NCBI RefSeq assembly: GCF_009834535.1
Contig: NC_045696.1
Span: forward strand, 21,206,001 to 21,270,000
From: Camelus ferus
Lineage: Eukaryota
Length of the DNA stretch: 64,000 nt
Direction of reading: 5' to 3'
Each line of letters begins with the position of its first letter. Position 1 is the first letter of the stretch. The notes under the pieces are model-generated. The model made no database searches and was not told where the DNA came from. It saw nothing but the letters and a program-made list of their open reading frames with translations. Both the position numbers and the translations under genes were made by a program. Positions 12,671 to 25,429 of this stretch are shown one piece after another.

Positions 12671-12759
12671 CCAACAAATGAAAATCAAAAGCAAAAACAA
12701 ACAAAGAAATTGGAGGATTCTGAAAGCTACTCCTGGAGCTTGCTTTCTCCTATTTAGAG

Positions 12760-12948
12760 CAGTGATTCTCAACTGGAGACAGTTGTTTTCTTGTGACCCA
12801 AGATGGGTTGCCACATCAAGGGAGGCTGCTGGATTATTGTGACTAGAGGCCAGGGATGCTTGTAAATATCCCACAATGTACAGGGCAGACTTCCAAAACA
12901 AAGAATTATCCAGCCTGCATATCAATATTGCCAAGATTGAGAATCTTG
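12760..12948 (+). mobile_element. MER20 (hAT-Charlie non-autonomous DNA transposon)
   Basis: TIRs cagtgattctcaa / ttgagaatcttg; internal gaggccagggatgct and caaagaattatcc; 8-bp TSD atttagag / atctagac fits the hAT NTCTAGAN target. Confidence 0.88.
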
Positions 12949-14768
12949 ATCTAGACTCATTCCCTTGTGATCTCATTAATCCCAAGGCGTTAACTACTAT
13001 TTAAAGGGCTGATAACTCCCAAATTTCAGTCTTCCCAGGATTCTCACTCACAAATCTACTGCCCACTCTGTCTCAACTTAGATGACTAATAAATATTTCA
13101 AGCTTAATAGGCACAAGAAGAATTCCTTTAAACACACCCTGCCCAAAGCATACCCAATTTAAGTAAAAGGCAATATATTTTAAGGCAAAAAATAGAAAGC
13201 CATCCTTGAGCTTCTCTCACTCAACTCCATGTGTTCCGTCGCTACTTCCTATTAGTTCAACTGTCAGACTCAAACTAGTTTTCATTACTTTCTCTGGTCC
13301 AAGCCATCATCAGCTCTTGTTTAGATTACGGCAGTAGTTACTACATGATCTCCATGCTTTTGACCTCAAATACTTTAATAAAGTATCTCCTCTTATATAA
13401 ATATGTCTAAATTAAACCTGATACATTTTAACTATTCTCAGCTTCCATCACATTCTGCTATGCATTTATTTATTTCACTTATTTATAATGTAACATAGAC
13501 ATGACATCTTTTATATTCATCTCTTGAGGTAGGATTTGTATTAATTTATCTGAATGTAACAAAGTGCTTAGTATACAATAAGTGGTTAATAAGGTAGTAT
13601 TTTCTAACAGTGACTGTAATGGTAAATTCTGCATCCCCCTCAAAATTCTACAACATAAAATTAATGTTTAAAGTCAAAATAAGACCCTTCTACTTAGAAA
13701 TTAATACATCAAAATTTTAAAATATTAAATTATTTCTCCGGGTGAATGCGTGCGTGTTGAATTCAATACCTACATCAATGTTCAGGCAAAATTGGTACAG
13801 ACTACCCTATATGTTGCTCTAATTTATTTTAACACTCAGTTATCAGCAACAATACATTTTAGAGACTTCAGATATTTGTAGATGCACTAAATAACGTACA
13901 CATTATAAAGGTTTATTTGTGTTTACTAGTAAAGCTGATCATGTGTAACTTTAATTAAAAGTGGGAAAATGTGCTTTCTTAATGCTGCATGGTAATTGGA
14001 AAGATAAAAAGAAAGTTTGATAATGAAATGTTGTCCCTTTATCTTACCCAGAGACAGATGCAAAATATTATGAATCATATTTTTAGTGTTTAATTCGTTT
14101 TAATAGAAAATACAGCCTTAGTGCTTCTTTAGTTCCCAAAATACTAATGGGACTTTTCATCCTATTAAATGTATTGCATTCTGATATCAGTAATTATTTC
14201 TATTACTTGTATAATAGCTACTCTAATTAATGATTAGGTTATTGCCAAACTCAATTTATGCCTTTTTAAAAATAACACCTGAAATTCTTCATGATTATTT
14301 GTTTAAAAAGTATTCCATTTGACATCTGTGCCTCTGGCAAGTTGCTAAGCTGTAAGCTTTACTTATACAAATATATTTATATTTTATAGATTTAATAAAA
14401 GGAACACATGTTAAAAGATTGATTATATGTAGAAAGCAGTTTAGAGGAAAATAACATTTCAAGACATCATGTTGAATCATTTCTCAAAGCAAACAGATCT
14501 TCCACCAAAATGCAATACACTGACACAGTCATTTACCACCATTATAGTATTTAAAAATATTTTATTTCTTCACTGAATGTACAGGTATTGAGTATTAATT
14601 TTTTAATACATACATTATTAATTTTTTAATAGAATACATTCTATTCTTCCTGATGTATATGACTTAGTGAGTGTAAGAAATTCATTTTTACTTTCTTTCA
14701 CCTGAGAAAACATCAGGTAATAAATTTATTGATTATAATCTGAAATTAAACCAAATTTTATTACATGA

Positions 14769-15218
14769 TCTATTAGTTTCCTAGTGACACTTTAACAAAA
14801 CAAAATCACAACCTAAATGTCTTAAAACAACAGAAATTGACTCTTTCATGGTTCAGGAGGTCAGAAATCAAAGCGTCTGTAGTGATAGTTCCTTCTGCAG
14901 GTTCAGAGGGAAATGCCTTCTGGTAGTTTCTGGAAATCCTTGGCATTCCATGGCTTGTGGATGACTCCAGTCACTGCCTTCATCTTCACATGGCCTTCTT
15001 CATGTGTCTCTGTGTTTCCAAAGGTCCCCCTAAGTGCCTTATATAAGGTCACCAGTCAATTGGATTTAGGGTCTTCTCTAATCCAATCTGATTGCATCTT
15101 CAGTGATTACAACTGCAAAGACCCTGTTTCCAAAAAAGGTTACATTCAGAAGTTCTAAGTGGACATGAATTTTGAGAGACCCTATTAAATATATGGAGAC
15201 ACTATTTAACTGAGTACA
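14769..15218 (-). mobile_element. MLT1 (MaLR) LTR
   Basis: tattagtttccta...ttaaaacaacagaaatt...ctgcaaagaccctgtttccaaa...gacactatttaac is a typical antisense MLT1B/C/D LTR. Confidence 0.85.
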
Positions 15219-16318
15219 GTCTTCCCTCTGCTCCCTCCTCAAAATTCATGTCTGTCCCACATGCAAGATACATTCATCCAATCACCACATCTCCCTAAAT
15301 CTTAACATGTTTCAGTATTAACTCTAAATTTGAAATCTCATCTGCCTTTGGAGTCATTCTTCCTTTTCCGTGAAGGATGACTTATGTTAACAACCAAATG
15401 TCTCTATCATTCCATTTCCTGCCTGCAGAACTTCAGAATTCCAACAGCCTTCTTTTATTTTATTCCTTCTCTGTTCTCTTCAGTCCAAACCGGCAGTTTT
15501 GTTTTGATACAACACTTTGAAAACCTCTATGGGTCATCCATATATGTCATGGGATCCATGTATGTCATGGGATCCATGTTATTAGACACAATGATTCTCC
15601 AAGATCCCTCCTGGATGAACCCATCTCTACTCCTCCCTTCTACTGAGATGGTTGATTGGCTCTGTGAGTCACACACCTAATCTCTCCAGCTGAAGTTTGT
15701 CTAGCCACCCACTAGGTGTTCCCTCCAGCACATGCTTTAGCATCTACTGCAATATAAATAGGCTGAGAATTTTCCAAATCATCGAATTCTAGTTCCTTTT
15801 TGCTTAACAGTTTCTTCCTCAACTTATCTCTTTCCTCTCCCATTTTACTATAAGCAGCAAGGAGAAGCCAAATCACATCTTTCACACTTTGCTTGGAACT
15901 CTCCTCAGCTAAACATTCAATCTCATTGCTTACACGTTTTATTTTCTACCTAAAACTAGAACACAATTTAGCCAATGTTTTTTGCTACTTATTAACAAGG
16001 ATCACATTCCTTCAACGTCTATTAAAATGCTTCTCATTCCTATGTGCACTCTCACCAGAAGCACCTTTAACCTTTATATTTCCACCAACATTCTGTCTAT
16101 GATGGTATATGTATTCTTGAAGACTAGAAGCTTTCTCTGCACCTCTCCTCTTTTTTTCTGAGCTCTCACCAGGATGGTATTTAGTGTCCATTTTCTCTAT
16201 AGATAGTCCCTTTAGGCAATCCAGACTTTTAAAAATCACGTACCTTGAAACTCTTTCAGCCTTTACCCATTATCTAACTCCAAAGTCACTTATGCAATTT
16301 AGATCAATTCTTGGCACC
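15219..16318 (-). mobile_element. MLT1/MaLR internal region
   Basis: Starts gtcttccctctg...aaaattcatgtc...cacatgcaagatacattcatcc immediately after the LTR; ends cttggcacc (PBS side). Confidence 0.8.
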
Positions 16319-17699
16319 TGTATTTGTACCAGTGACCCTCAGAGAAACAAAACTAATAAAGATATAAATATATAAACTTATATTTGGATTTGGATTTAGA
16401 TATGAAGCTATTCATTATATCTGTCTATCCATCTATCTACCTTTATCTATAACTTTAAGGACCTCTGGCTCACAAAATTGTGGAGACTGGCGAGTCTGAA
16501 ATCTGTTGGGCAGACTGGCAGTCAGAAAACAGACAGAAACTGATAGCACAGGCTCGAGCCAAAATGTCTTCTTCTCTGGGAAACTCATTTCTTTCTCTTA
16601 AGACCTTTAATTTAAGAGCTGATTGGAAGAAGTCTATTCACATTATGGAGTGTAACCTCTTCTACTTAAAGTCAACTAACTGTAGATGTAAACCACCTCT
16701 TTTGGGAAAAACCCAGTTTTCCTCCTTTGCTTCTCATTTACTCTCACACTACTACCACACCCACAATATTTTGGACACCAGATGTGTGGGACTTTTCCCC
16801 CACCAAGCCATTCTCTTCAGTGCCACCTGGGTATCCCACAATTTAACTACATTATGACATTATCTACCTGGAGATAGCATGGGTCCCACAGGTTAAGTGC
16901 TCAGTCCCACAAGGCTGCTCCCACCACACTTCAGATGCCAAAAGCAAGTCTAGTTTGTCACCTATGCTTCTGATCAATTGGCTGTAAATTTGAGCTTCTC
17001 ACGAGCTCCTCCTCAGGTTTGGTTAATTTGCTAGAAAGGCTCACAGAACTCAGGGAAACACTTATTTATATTTGCCCACTTATTAAAGGATACATATGAA
17101 CTGCCAGATGAAGAGATACATAGGGCAAGGTCTGGGAGTGCTCCGAGCTCAGGACTTCTGTCCCTTGGTACCGGAGTGCATCACTCTCCTGGTGTGTGGA
17201 TGTGTTTACCAACCTGGAAACTCAGACTTCTGGGATTTTTATGGAAGCTTCATCACATAGGCATGATTGATCAATAACTCCATTTCTGGCCCTTCTTCCT
17301 TCTCAGGAGAATGGGGGCAGGGGCTGAAGATTTCAAGCTTCTAATCATGGCTTGGTCTTTCTAGTCACCAGCTCTCATCCCAGCACTCACTCAGCGTCAT
17401 TTCATTAGAACAAAGACATACCTGTCATCAAGGAAATGACAAGGATTTCAGAAGCCCTGTATCAAGAACTGAGGTCAAAGACTAAATTTTAGAACAAAAG
17501 ATATTATTAGTGGTCTTCCTACTTAGGAAATCACAAGGATTCAGGAGCTCTGTGCCAGGAACAAAGGACAGAGGTCAGTGTATATTTTTTGTTACCTCAC
17601 ACCACGTCTACAGAATATCATCATAGTGATAGCTAGGTCAGTGGGTGATAATTGAATATTGTAGTCTAGCCAGGTAGACACACAAAATTAACCATTACA
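16319..17699 (-). mobile_element. MLT2 (ERVL) LTR split by a MER21 insertion
   Basis: tgtatt...cagagaaacaaaactaata...ggagactggcgagtctgaaatctg...ttaaagtcaactaactgtagatgtaaaccac, then resumes after the insert and ends ctagccaggtagacacacaaaattaaccattaca. Confidence 0.82.
16698..17601 (-). mobile_element. MER21-like solo LTR
   Basis: gacattatctacctggagatagc...cccacaggttaag...cttcagatgcc; minus strand begins TGTGAGG...TTCCTGGCACAGAGCTCCT; TSD ccacc / ccacg. Confidence 0.82.
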
Positions 17700-19129
17700 C
17701 ACAACTTAAAACTTTTGTTGCTTTTTAATGTACATATCAAAGTTTTATTGTAAAGTTGTTCCATGTTGAAATAAGTTTTAAGAAAAATACATTATCACAT
17801 GCCAATCATATGGCTACAAATAAAAATGATATATAATTAAAGAGTTAACTACACAGAATATATTTCTTCACTATTGGGTCTAAAATTAAAGTTGTTTGTA
17901 ATAACACACTTTTTTTTCACCTGAGGTACAACTTTGCATATACATTTTAATTTATTTAAAAATTAAACTAAATTAAGTCTAAGAAATTTATAAAGTGCAT
18001 TTTGTCTTTCATATTGTTAATGGTCCCATTTTTTGCTTTTCTAAAATAATCTTTTTTGTTTGTTTGTTTTAAGAGTCTAGCTAGTTGTAAGTTATTTCAA
18101 TTATTCTGGTTACAATATAGATTCATGATAGGCTTCAGTTCCATGACAAACACTGGAAGACAGATGAGCGGTTTTATCATTACTTACTTTATATGCATAT
18201 TCTAACTACTGTCTATATATGCTCTGTGGGTAAAATAGAATAATACTCTCTGGATCTGTCTATAATTATGGAAGACTTAGTTTAACATTAAATTAGTCAA
18301 CTAGGAAAACATTTGGTAATAGGGAGTTATTCTCTAACTGTAACCTCTCATTTCCCAGATTTAAGAAAGCTCATTATTTTATTTCATACATTTTCTTTTG
18401 CAGATATAACTTAACAAAAATAAACAGTTTAGCCTGACTGAGTTTATGGATGTATTCCAAAGGCTGGATTGTTTGAATCATTTCACAAAGTGCAAATAAG
18501 CACACAAGAAATGGATTTTCTTTTGACCTTGTTCCTTTTCTAATTACTGTACCTGCATTGGTCAGCCAGGAAGCAAATGATAATTGTTTTGTAAGCCAAG
18601 TGACTCCATGCATTACATGAACTGCTTACTGCTTGGCAAGTAAAATAGATGGATGTGCAGGGAGAGTTTCTAGCAGCAAGCTGGATAGGACCATTATAAC
18701 AGCACTATTATTGCATTTTAAATCATATAATAGAAAAATAAACATAAACATAATAAATAAACATAAATAATCACTTGACCTCTGGATAAATACCAAAGCA
18801 GTCTCATTATTATTTCTGTTCCTTGTGAGCAGCGCTGATGATATTATAATGCTTATATCGATATTTTGTTGTTAATAACTTCCATATATTTGTGTGGTTT
18901 CCTCGTCAGAGGAGCTAAAACATTCATAAACAACAAGCATTTGCTAAAAACCTTTCTAATGTCCTTAAGATGGTGTTAACACTTATTACAAGATATAGAA
19001 AAAGGCTCCTGTGTTAAGTCAGGTGGCAATAATACATCATAGTGATTGTCTAGGTAGTCTCTAAAGAAAAAAGAAAACATGAGATGTCTGATTCCACTGG
19101 TAAGTCCACTCCCCTTTTCATCTTTTTTC

Positions 19130-19285
19130 TTTTGAGCAATGTAATTCACTCCCCTACCTCACTTTCCATACTATAATATGGGAACAATAATATTTACTTG
19201 TTAAGGTATAATGTTGAAATAATTAATTAAGATAATATACATGAAACACTTCTAGCCTGGCATAAGCTACTCATTAGATATTACC
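19130..19285 (+). mobile_element. MIR SINE
   Basis: Core-like cctcactttccatactataatatgggaacaataat...taagataatatacatgaaacactt. Confidence 0.65.
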
Positions 19286-19857
19286 TTCTAGATTTCAACT
19301 TTCAGGAGTTATATATATTTTAATAGATCTATTCCATCATCCTCAAACTTTTCCTTCAAACACATCTTACCATTCTTTTCCTTCTTGCCCAGACTTTCAA
19401 CAGTGCTTACCAACCTCTCTATTGTAAGCCAGAATCTCCGATGCTCACAAATATTTCAGAGAACTCCACCTAATAGTAAATAAAACCTACTTACTGTCTA
19501 ATGATTCTCTTTGTATCCTGGTTTCCTTCTCCAGTACCAAGGAGCCCATTCAGTTATTCCCGTCGGGAGTTGGGGAAGCCTTTGGGGGACAGTGGCTGAA
19601 TAGGCACTTTCCTTTTCTCCACTGTCATAGCTGGGCCTTATTTTTCTACCAAGCTCTAAGACAACTTGTTCCTTTCTACTCTCATCTAATACTAGATAGG
19701 TATTACTGACCTCAAATAAGTTGACTATTTTGGAATCTTTTGACTTTTGTTCTAAAAGATCATTCTAAGTCACTTTAGCATTACAGGTCATTCAATCCTG
19801 TAACTCATCAGATAATGATAAGTACTATAGAAAAATAATAAAATAGGGGATGAATAT

Positions 19858-22090
19858 ATATTATTCAGGACCCAAACTAGAAGGAAAAAATCAGATTATT
19901 AAAAAAAAGAAGGAATTTAATAAAGGAAATTGGTAACTTGAGTAATAAAAGGAATGAGAACCCAAAGAGAGGACATTGGGAAACCAAGCTTTTGTCTCTG
20001 TAAGGTTGTTAGGGACAAAAGGAGCAAGTAGAATTTTTGCAGCCCAAAGACTAAGTTTACTCAATATATTAGTTTCCTAATTTGGGTGTAACAAATTTAG
20101 TGTCTTAAATTTAGTGTCTTAAAATAATGTACACTTATTCTTTTTTTCACAGTCTTGGAGAAAGAAATCTGCAATCAGTTTCATTAGGCCTAAATCAAGG
20201 TTATGGTGGTGTCACACTCCCTCCAGAGGCTCTAGGGTAAAATTTATTTCCTTCTCTTTTTCTAGAATAATGCTGTATTCCTTGTATTTGGCTGGCAACC
20301 CCTTTCTTCATCTTTAAAGCCTCAGCTAGCATCTTGCTTTAGTTATTTTTTCTTATCCTATAGTAAAAATCTCCCTCTGCTTTTTTTTTAATAATAACAC
20401 TTGTGATTACATTTACGGCCCACCCAAATACCCCAGGATAATCTCCTCATCTGAAGATTAGTTACTTAATTTTATGTGCAAAGTCTTTTGTTTGAACCAC
20501 TTAAGTAATATTCACAGATTCCAAGTATTAGGAACTAATATTTTTCAGGGGATGGTTTTTATCCTACCACAGTCTTCCCTTTGACTCCTGAAGACTCATA
20601 TCCATCCCACATAAAAAAACAAACAAACAAACAAACATTCACCCCATCCCCAGCACCCCCAAACATCTCAATCTATTACAGCAACATTTACATCCAAAAT
20701 TTTATCTAAGTGTTAGTAATTTAAACGTCCTAAATCTCATTATTTAAATCTTCTAAATAAGATGTGGGAGAAATTTTAAGTATGATCCGTCCTAGAACAA
20801 AATTTGTCTCCATCTGTGGAACTGTGAAAATAGGAAACAAATTTTCTGCTCCCAGACATAAGATAATAGTTATAGAGATTTGCATTCTAAAAGAGAAAAC
20901 ATGAAAGAGGAAAGGAATCTCCAGTCCCAAGCAATTTTGAAATCCTACTGAGTAGACTCTATTGGTTTCAAGGCCATGAAATAATCCTCTGTAGATCTTG
21001 ACTCCATCCTCTGGGTCCACAGCTCTAGTCACTGGGTCCAAGGCTCTACTCTTGAGTCCTCTCTCTGCTTTCTTAAAGAGTGAATATGTCTGCTGCAGCT
21101 GAGTTTTATAGTCTGTTTCTGGCCTGTAAAAATTTAAGTCTGATAGCATTCTCTCATTTTGTCCATTTTCTGTCAGTTTTAATTCAAACGAGCATTTCCG
21201 CTGATGTAGCATTCTCAAACAACTTGTGGCTTTCCTTTATATGCCATGGAAATTCACCCCATTTGACAGGAGTGTCTGCCCAGATATTTCCAAGATAATC
21301 TCATCTATATTCTTGGTTTCTTCTGAGATGGTTGAGGTGATCCATGTATCATATGCTTAACCTCTTCAAAGAGACCTCTGTGTGAATGAATAGTCTAATC
21401 TTTTAATCCTTGTAAACCACTAGCCAAAGGTTAAGCCACATCTATAGATTTTTGTTTAGAGTATACTTTTTTCACAATGGATCTCCTAATTTTAGCTTCT
21501 TTTTAAAATGTGGATAGGATTATAATTTATCAAATTGTTAAATTCTGGTTTATTTTTCTTAACAGTTTTCCCTTCAATTTATCCCTTTCACTCACATTTT
21601 CTGTGAGCAACAGAAAGAATTCAGGCCATATTTCAATACTTTGCTTGGGAATCTCAACTAAATACACAAGTTCACTATTTATAAATTCAGATTTCCACAT
21701 AATTTTAGGATGTAATTCTGCTAAGCTCTCTACCACTCAAGATCTTTAATTTGATTATATCTACAAAGTCTATTTACTTGCAGGTAAAATTCATAGACTC
21801 AAGGTATTGTTGGAGTCATTATACAGACTTCACATCCAATGAAATCTGAATCCATGGTTGGGTCTGACTAATAGCCATGTGGCAGTGGCAATGTGTGACA
21901 GAGAAACCCACTATTATGAGAAGGGAGAAAAAAATTAACTTGGATTCTCTCTTCCTTCTGGCCTCATTTTGGAGGCCATTGCTTCCTCTCATGGAACAAA
22001 CTCCAATGAAGCCAACTGGACTGGGAATTGAGAAAACAGAGCCTTCGGAGGTTATACCCCAGAGACAAACTACAGAACAAAATGACATCC
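19858..22090 (-). mobile_element. Old MaLR/ERVL-type LTR split by the inner MLT1 element (tentative)
   Basis: tattattcagg...gaatttaataaagg before the insert and gaagccaactgg...gagaaaacagagcct after it. Confidence 0.35.
20065..21834 (-). mobile_element. MLT1 provirus: LTR (20065-20571), internal region (20572-21735), truncated second LTR (21738-21834)
   Basis: tattagtttccta...cacccaaataccccaggataatctcctcatct...cctaccaca; the internal region parallels 15219-16318; flanks ctcaa / tccaa. Confidence 0.78.
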
Positions 22091-22149
22091 AATAAATTGA
22101 TCTGAGAGTAAAAAGTTCCAGGACTGAGTCAGTGGGTAGAGTGAAGAGG

Positions 22150-23230
22150 TGATTGTTGTTATTTTATTTTGAGTGGTCAGGTAAAGGACTCTGTTTATAA
22201 GGTGACATTTGACCAAAGACAATGAGGAAATCAAAGAAGAAAGCCATGCCATTATCTTGGGAAAGAGCATTCCAAGTAGAGGGGACAAAATGTAAAACAC
22301 CTGAGGAGGATATCCAGATACTTTTGAGGGAAATCAAGGGGCACGCATGACATGATTTTGGAGAGAATGTAAGAAGAAATATGAAGGGCTAAAGAACTGC
22401 CATTAATAGTTAAGATTGTCTCTGGCATCTCTTATATTGTACAATTTGTAAACTGTTTATGAGAACCTTGAGGTCAGACTATTTATTTAAGTTATATAAA
22501 ATGTTATAGGTTTTTGTAAAAAAATATGGATTTTCCTTTTAATGAATGGGAAGTTCTTGCTAGGTCATGATCAGAGAAGTGACCTAATATGGCATTTATT
22601 ATATAAGAATTACTCTCCTACTTTTTGGAGAATAAACTGTAGAGTGGAAAGTTAAAAAGACCAGTAGGGATACTCAGGCGATAACTCAAGAGTGAGATCA
22701 TGGTAATTTCAACTGACAAGAGAAGGGATGTGTATGTTTTGTATTATAGATACATGTTGAGGGGAGGGGCCAGGAGGATTTGCTGATGAATTGCATATAT
22801 AGTGTGAAAATAGCAGCAGAGTTTAAGATGACTTCAAGTTTTCTACACTGGTGTTTAGAAAGTTATTTTATTTTATTATTATTATTATTTTTATTGAGAA
22901 GGAGAAACTGTGAAGGAAGCAAGCTTTGGAGGAAATATCAAATGTTGAAAGAGTTGATTTCTGAAGTAGAAGAGGTCAGCAAGTGATATTCAAGGGATGT
23001 TAAAAATTCAGTATTCATTGAGAGAGTAATTACACTGGACATTGAATTTACCCAGAAAGAAGCCATGAGTAGTATTAGAGATTGTAAGATAAGAAGTAAA
23101 ATAATAACTGAGAGGGTTTAGTGAACAGGAAGATAAAGAAGAAAATGAGATGAGGGCAAATTGGGATGCAATGCAAATGAATCTTGAAAGATTTTTTTCC
23201 TTAAAATTAGGGAAGTAATGAGGACATTTT
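22150..23230 (-). mobile_element. L2 LINE
   Basis: gtggtcagg...ggtgacatttga...agccatg...gggaaagagcattccaagtagagg, later ggatttgctgatgaattg and gagagtaattacactggacattgaattta. Confidence 0.75.
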
Positions 23231-24290
23231 AAAACATAGAAACTGAAATGCCTCCCAACCTTGATCTTCATAAGACATAAAATGAAAAGCAGTTTTTGGT
23301 AAAATGGCAACAGGGAAAAGTATATTTGTAGATTATGGTCAGGTTTCAATCAAGACAGGAGAAGAATTTTGTCAGATAGACCTGAGTGCATTGAGGAGTT
23401 TTCTAGTTTGGGGAAAGAGTAGAGGAGGGGGTAGGTGGGTTTAGGTGTGAAGATCAACAAATTAGCAAGAGAGTGACAGCACAGAAAATAACATAGGATG
23501 GGAGCAAATCGCTCTGTGTTGAGATAGAGTAAAACTTGGATGTATAAGCTGTATTAAATTGAATTCCAAAATCTCCTTTAGCAGGGAAGTTATTCCAAAT
23601 CAAAAGAATTTAGTGCTGCTTGGAATGATAGGCTGGTGGATTAGGATAGGCATCCTACTTCCCCAAATTTCATGTTCCCCCAATTCTAGTAATTGCCTTG
23701 TTTGTAGTTGTAGCCGGCAACCAAGATAGCTGGAGAATGGGTCATAGAGTTCTTCATATCTAACTGAGCCCTACTACCAATGACAGAGAGATCTAATTTG
23801 GAGCTGATTAAGACAAATGACAAGATGATGCTATATCTTTTCTAACAAAATCCTCTCTAAATCTCTGAGCTTTGTTTGAGGTAGTAATGGTACCCTATCC
23901 CTAGAAAGGACACTGTCTGAGATAAAGCTGAGAATGGTAACCCTACTGCAAAGTTTCATTATGCTTATTTTGGTACATTTTAATATTCTCCTGGTAGAGA
24001 TATTGCAGGTCATTTATGCCTGTTAACCTTATTCTAATATCGTGTGAGATATCTCTATTGATTTCACAACAGAGACAATGCTAATGTTTATTGTGATCTT
24101 AATGTATTTGGTTGCTCTTATAACAAAGATCTTAGCAAATAACTATAAAACTCATGAAGTGGCTTTTTCCACCCCATTTTATCCATATCATCATTTCTGA
24201 TCTTAATCTAAAGGTGTAGATAAGACACAGGCAGATACATGTAGATTATCTACTTCCCCTGAAGTTCATTTTAGAGCAAAGATAAATAAC

Positions 24291-24797
24291 TGCAGAGAAT
24301 ATTGTTTACAGAAGTGAATGCAGTAATCCCCCTGCCTGTATCTATACTGTTGATATTGTCCCCATCCATAATGTGCTGATGCACTGTCACATGACTTGGT
24401 TTGGTCAAGGGGACATGCGTATGTTATGGAAGCAGAGACTTGAAAAGAACTTGCATGTTGGAGTCAACCCTTACTTGCTGCTCTTTGCAACCCCTAGGCC
24501 ATGAGGTGTAAAACTCATCCTACTGTATGATAAGGGACCACACAGTGTCAAAATTAGCCATCCCAGCTGAGGTCCTTAGACCAACGCACCTACCAACTGC
24601 TAGACATGTGAGGGTTGTTATGTGCATCAGGCATCCACCAGCCAACTTGCCAGCAGATCAGAGGTACATGGAAGAAGCCAGTACCATGACCAGGCCATTC
24701 CCAGTCAACCCACAGAATCATAAGCTAAATAAAATGGTTGGTCTTTTAGGCCACTAAATTTGATTGATTGATTGTACAGCAAAATCCAGCTCATGAA
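24291..24797 (+). mobile_element. MLT1 (F-I type) solo LTR
   Basis: cacatgacttggtttggtcaa...gcagagacttgaaaag...ccagtcaacccacagaatcataagctaaataaaatggttg...gccactaaatt. Confidence 0.75.
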
Positions 24798-25429
24798 TAA
24801 TATAGTATACAATATTATAAAAATGGATATATTATAGAGATATAACTAACTGCTATTTATCTTTCCACATCTTCAATATCTTGAAGTAAAATGCATTTTA
24901 AAAATCATTTAATTTATAATAACAAGATCTTCTTAAAAGAAACTTTACTATATAGATTTAACATTACTTCCAAGAAATGAAATATAGGCCTTTTAGTACT
25001 ATTATTTCTTAAATGGATGGTAACCTATGCCTATTTATAGTAGTAAAAATATTATAATATATATTTTTTTGTATTTGCTATAATGGCACATTGAAGTAAA
25101 AATAAGGCAATTACTTGGATACTGTTCATCTTTCTAATATTAATCATGAACAAAAATATTTATAATGTTATTAGACAAAATTCAGCCATACTTGAAAGTA
25201 ATAAATAATACAACTGTTAACATTTTTTAAAAATGGTAATTCCATCCAGTTTCCCTTAGAATAAACAGAAAAAATGAGAGAGACACCTTATAGTCAAATA
25301 AATAAAAACAGTTAACTATAACCATAAGCCTTTGGTAGAGAAGGCAGCAAAAATAGAATGACAGTTGTGTAAAAGACAGGAACAAAAGAGAACACTGGTT
25401 CCTTGAAATTTTAAAATAACAACTGGGCA

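Larger units (their letters stand above)
11840..13600 (+). mobile_element. L2 LINE, interrupted by a retroposed insert and MER20
   Basis: L2 RT-region motifs (gtgatctcattaatccc...gctgataactcccaaattt, the YADD region) and 3' terminal motifs near 13510-13600. Confidence 0.7.

Noticed and set aside
20730..21218. Longest ORF (162 aa)
   Set aside because: Lies inside degraded MaLR internal sequence; no recognisable domain or splice context.
23708..23722. X-box-like GTTGTAGCCGGCAAC
   Set aside because: Left half-site has two mismatches; could easily be chance.
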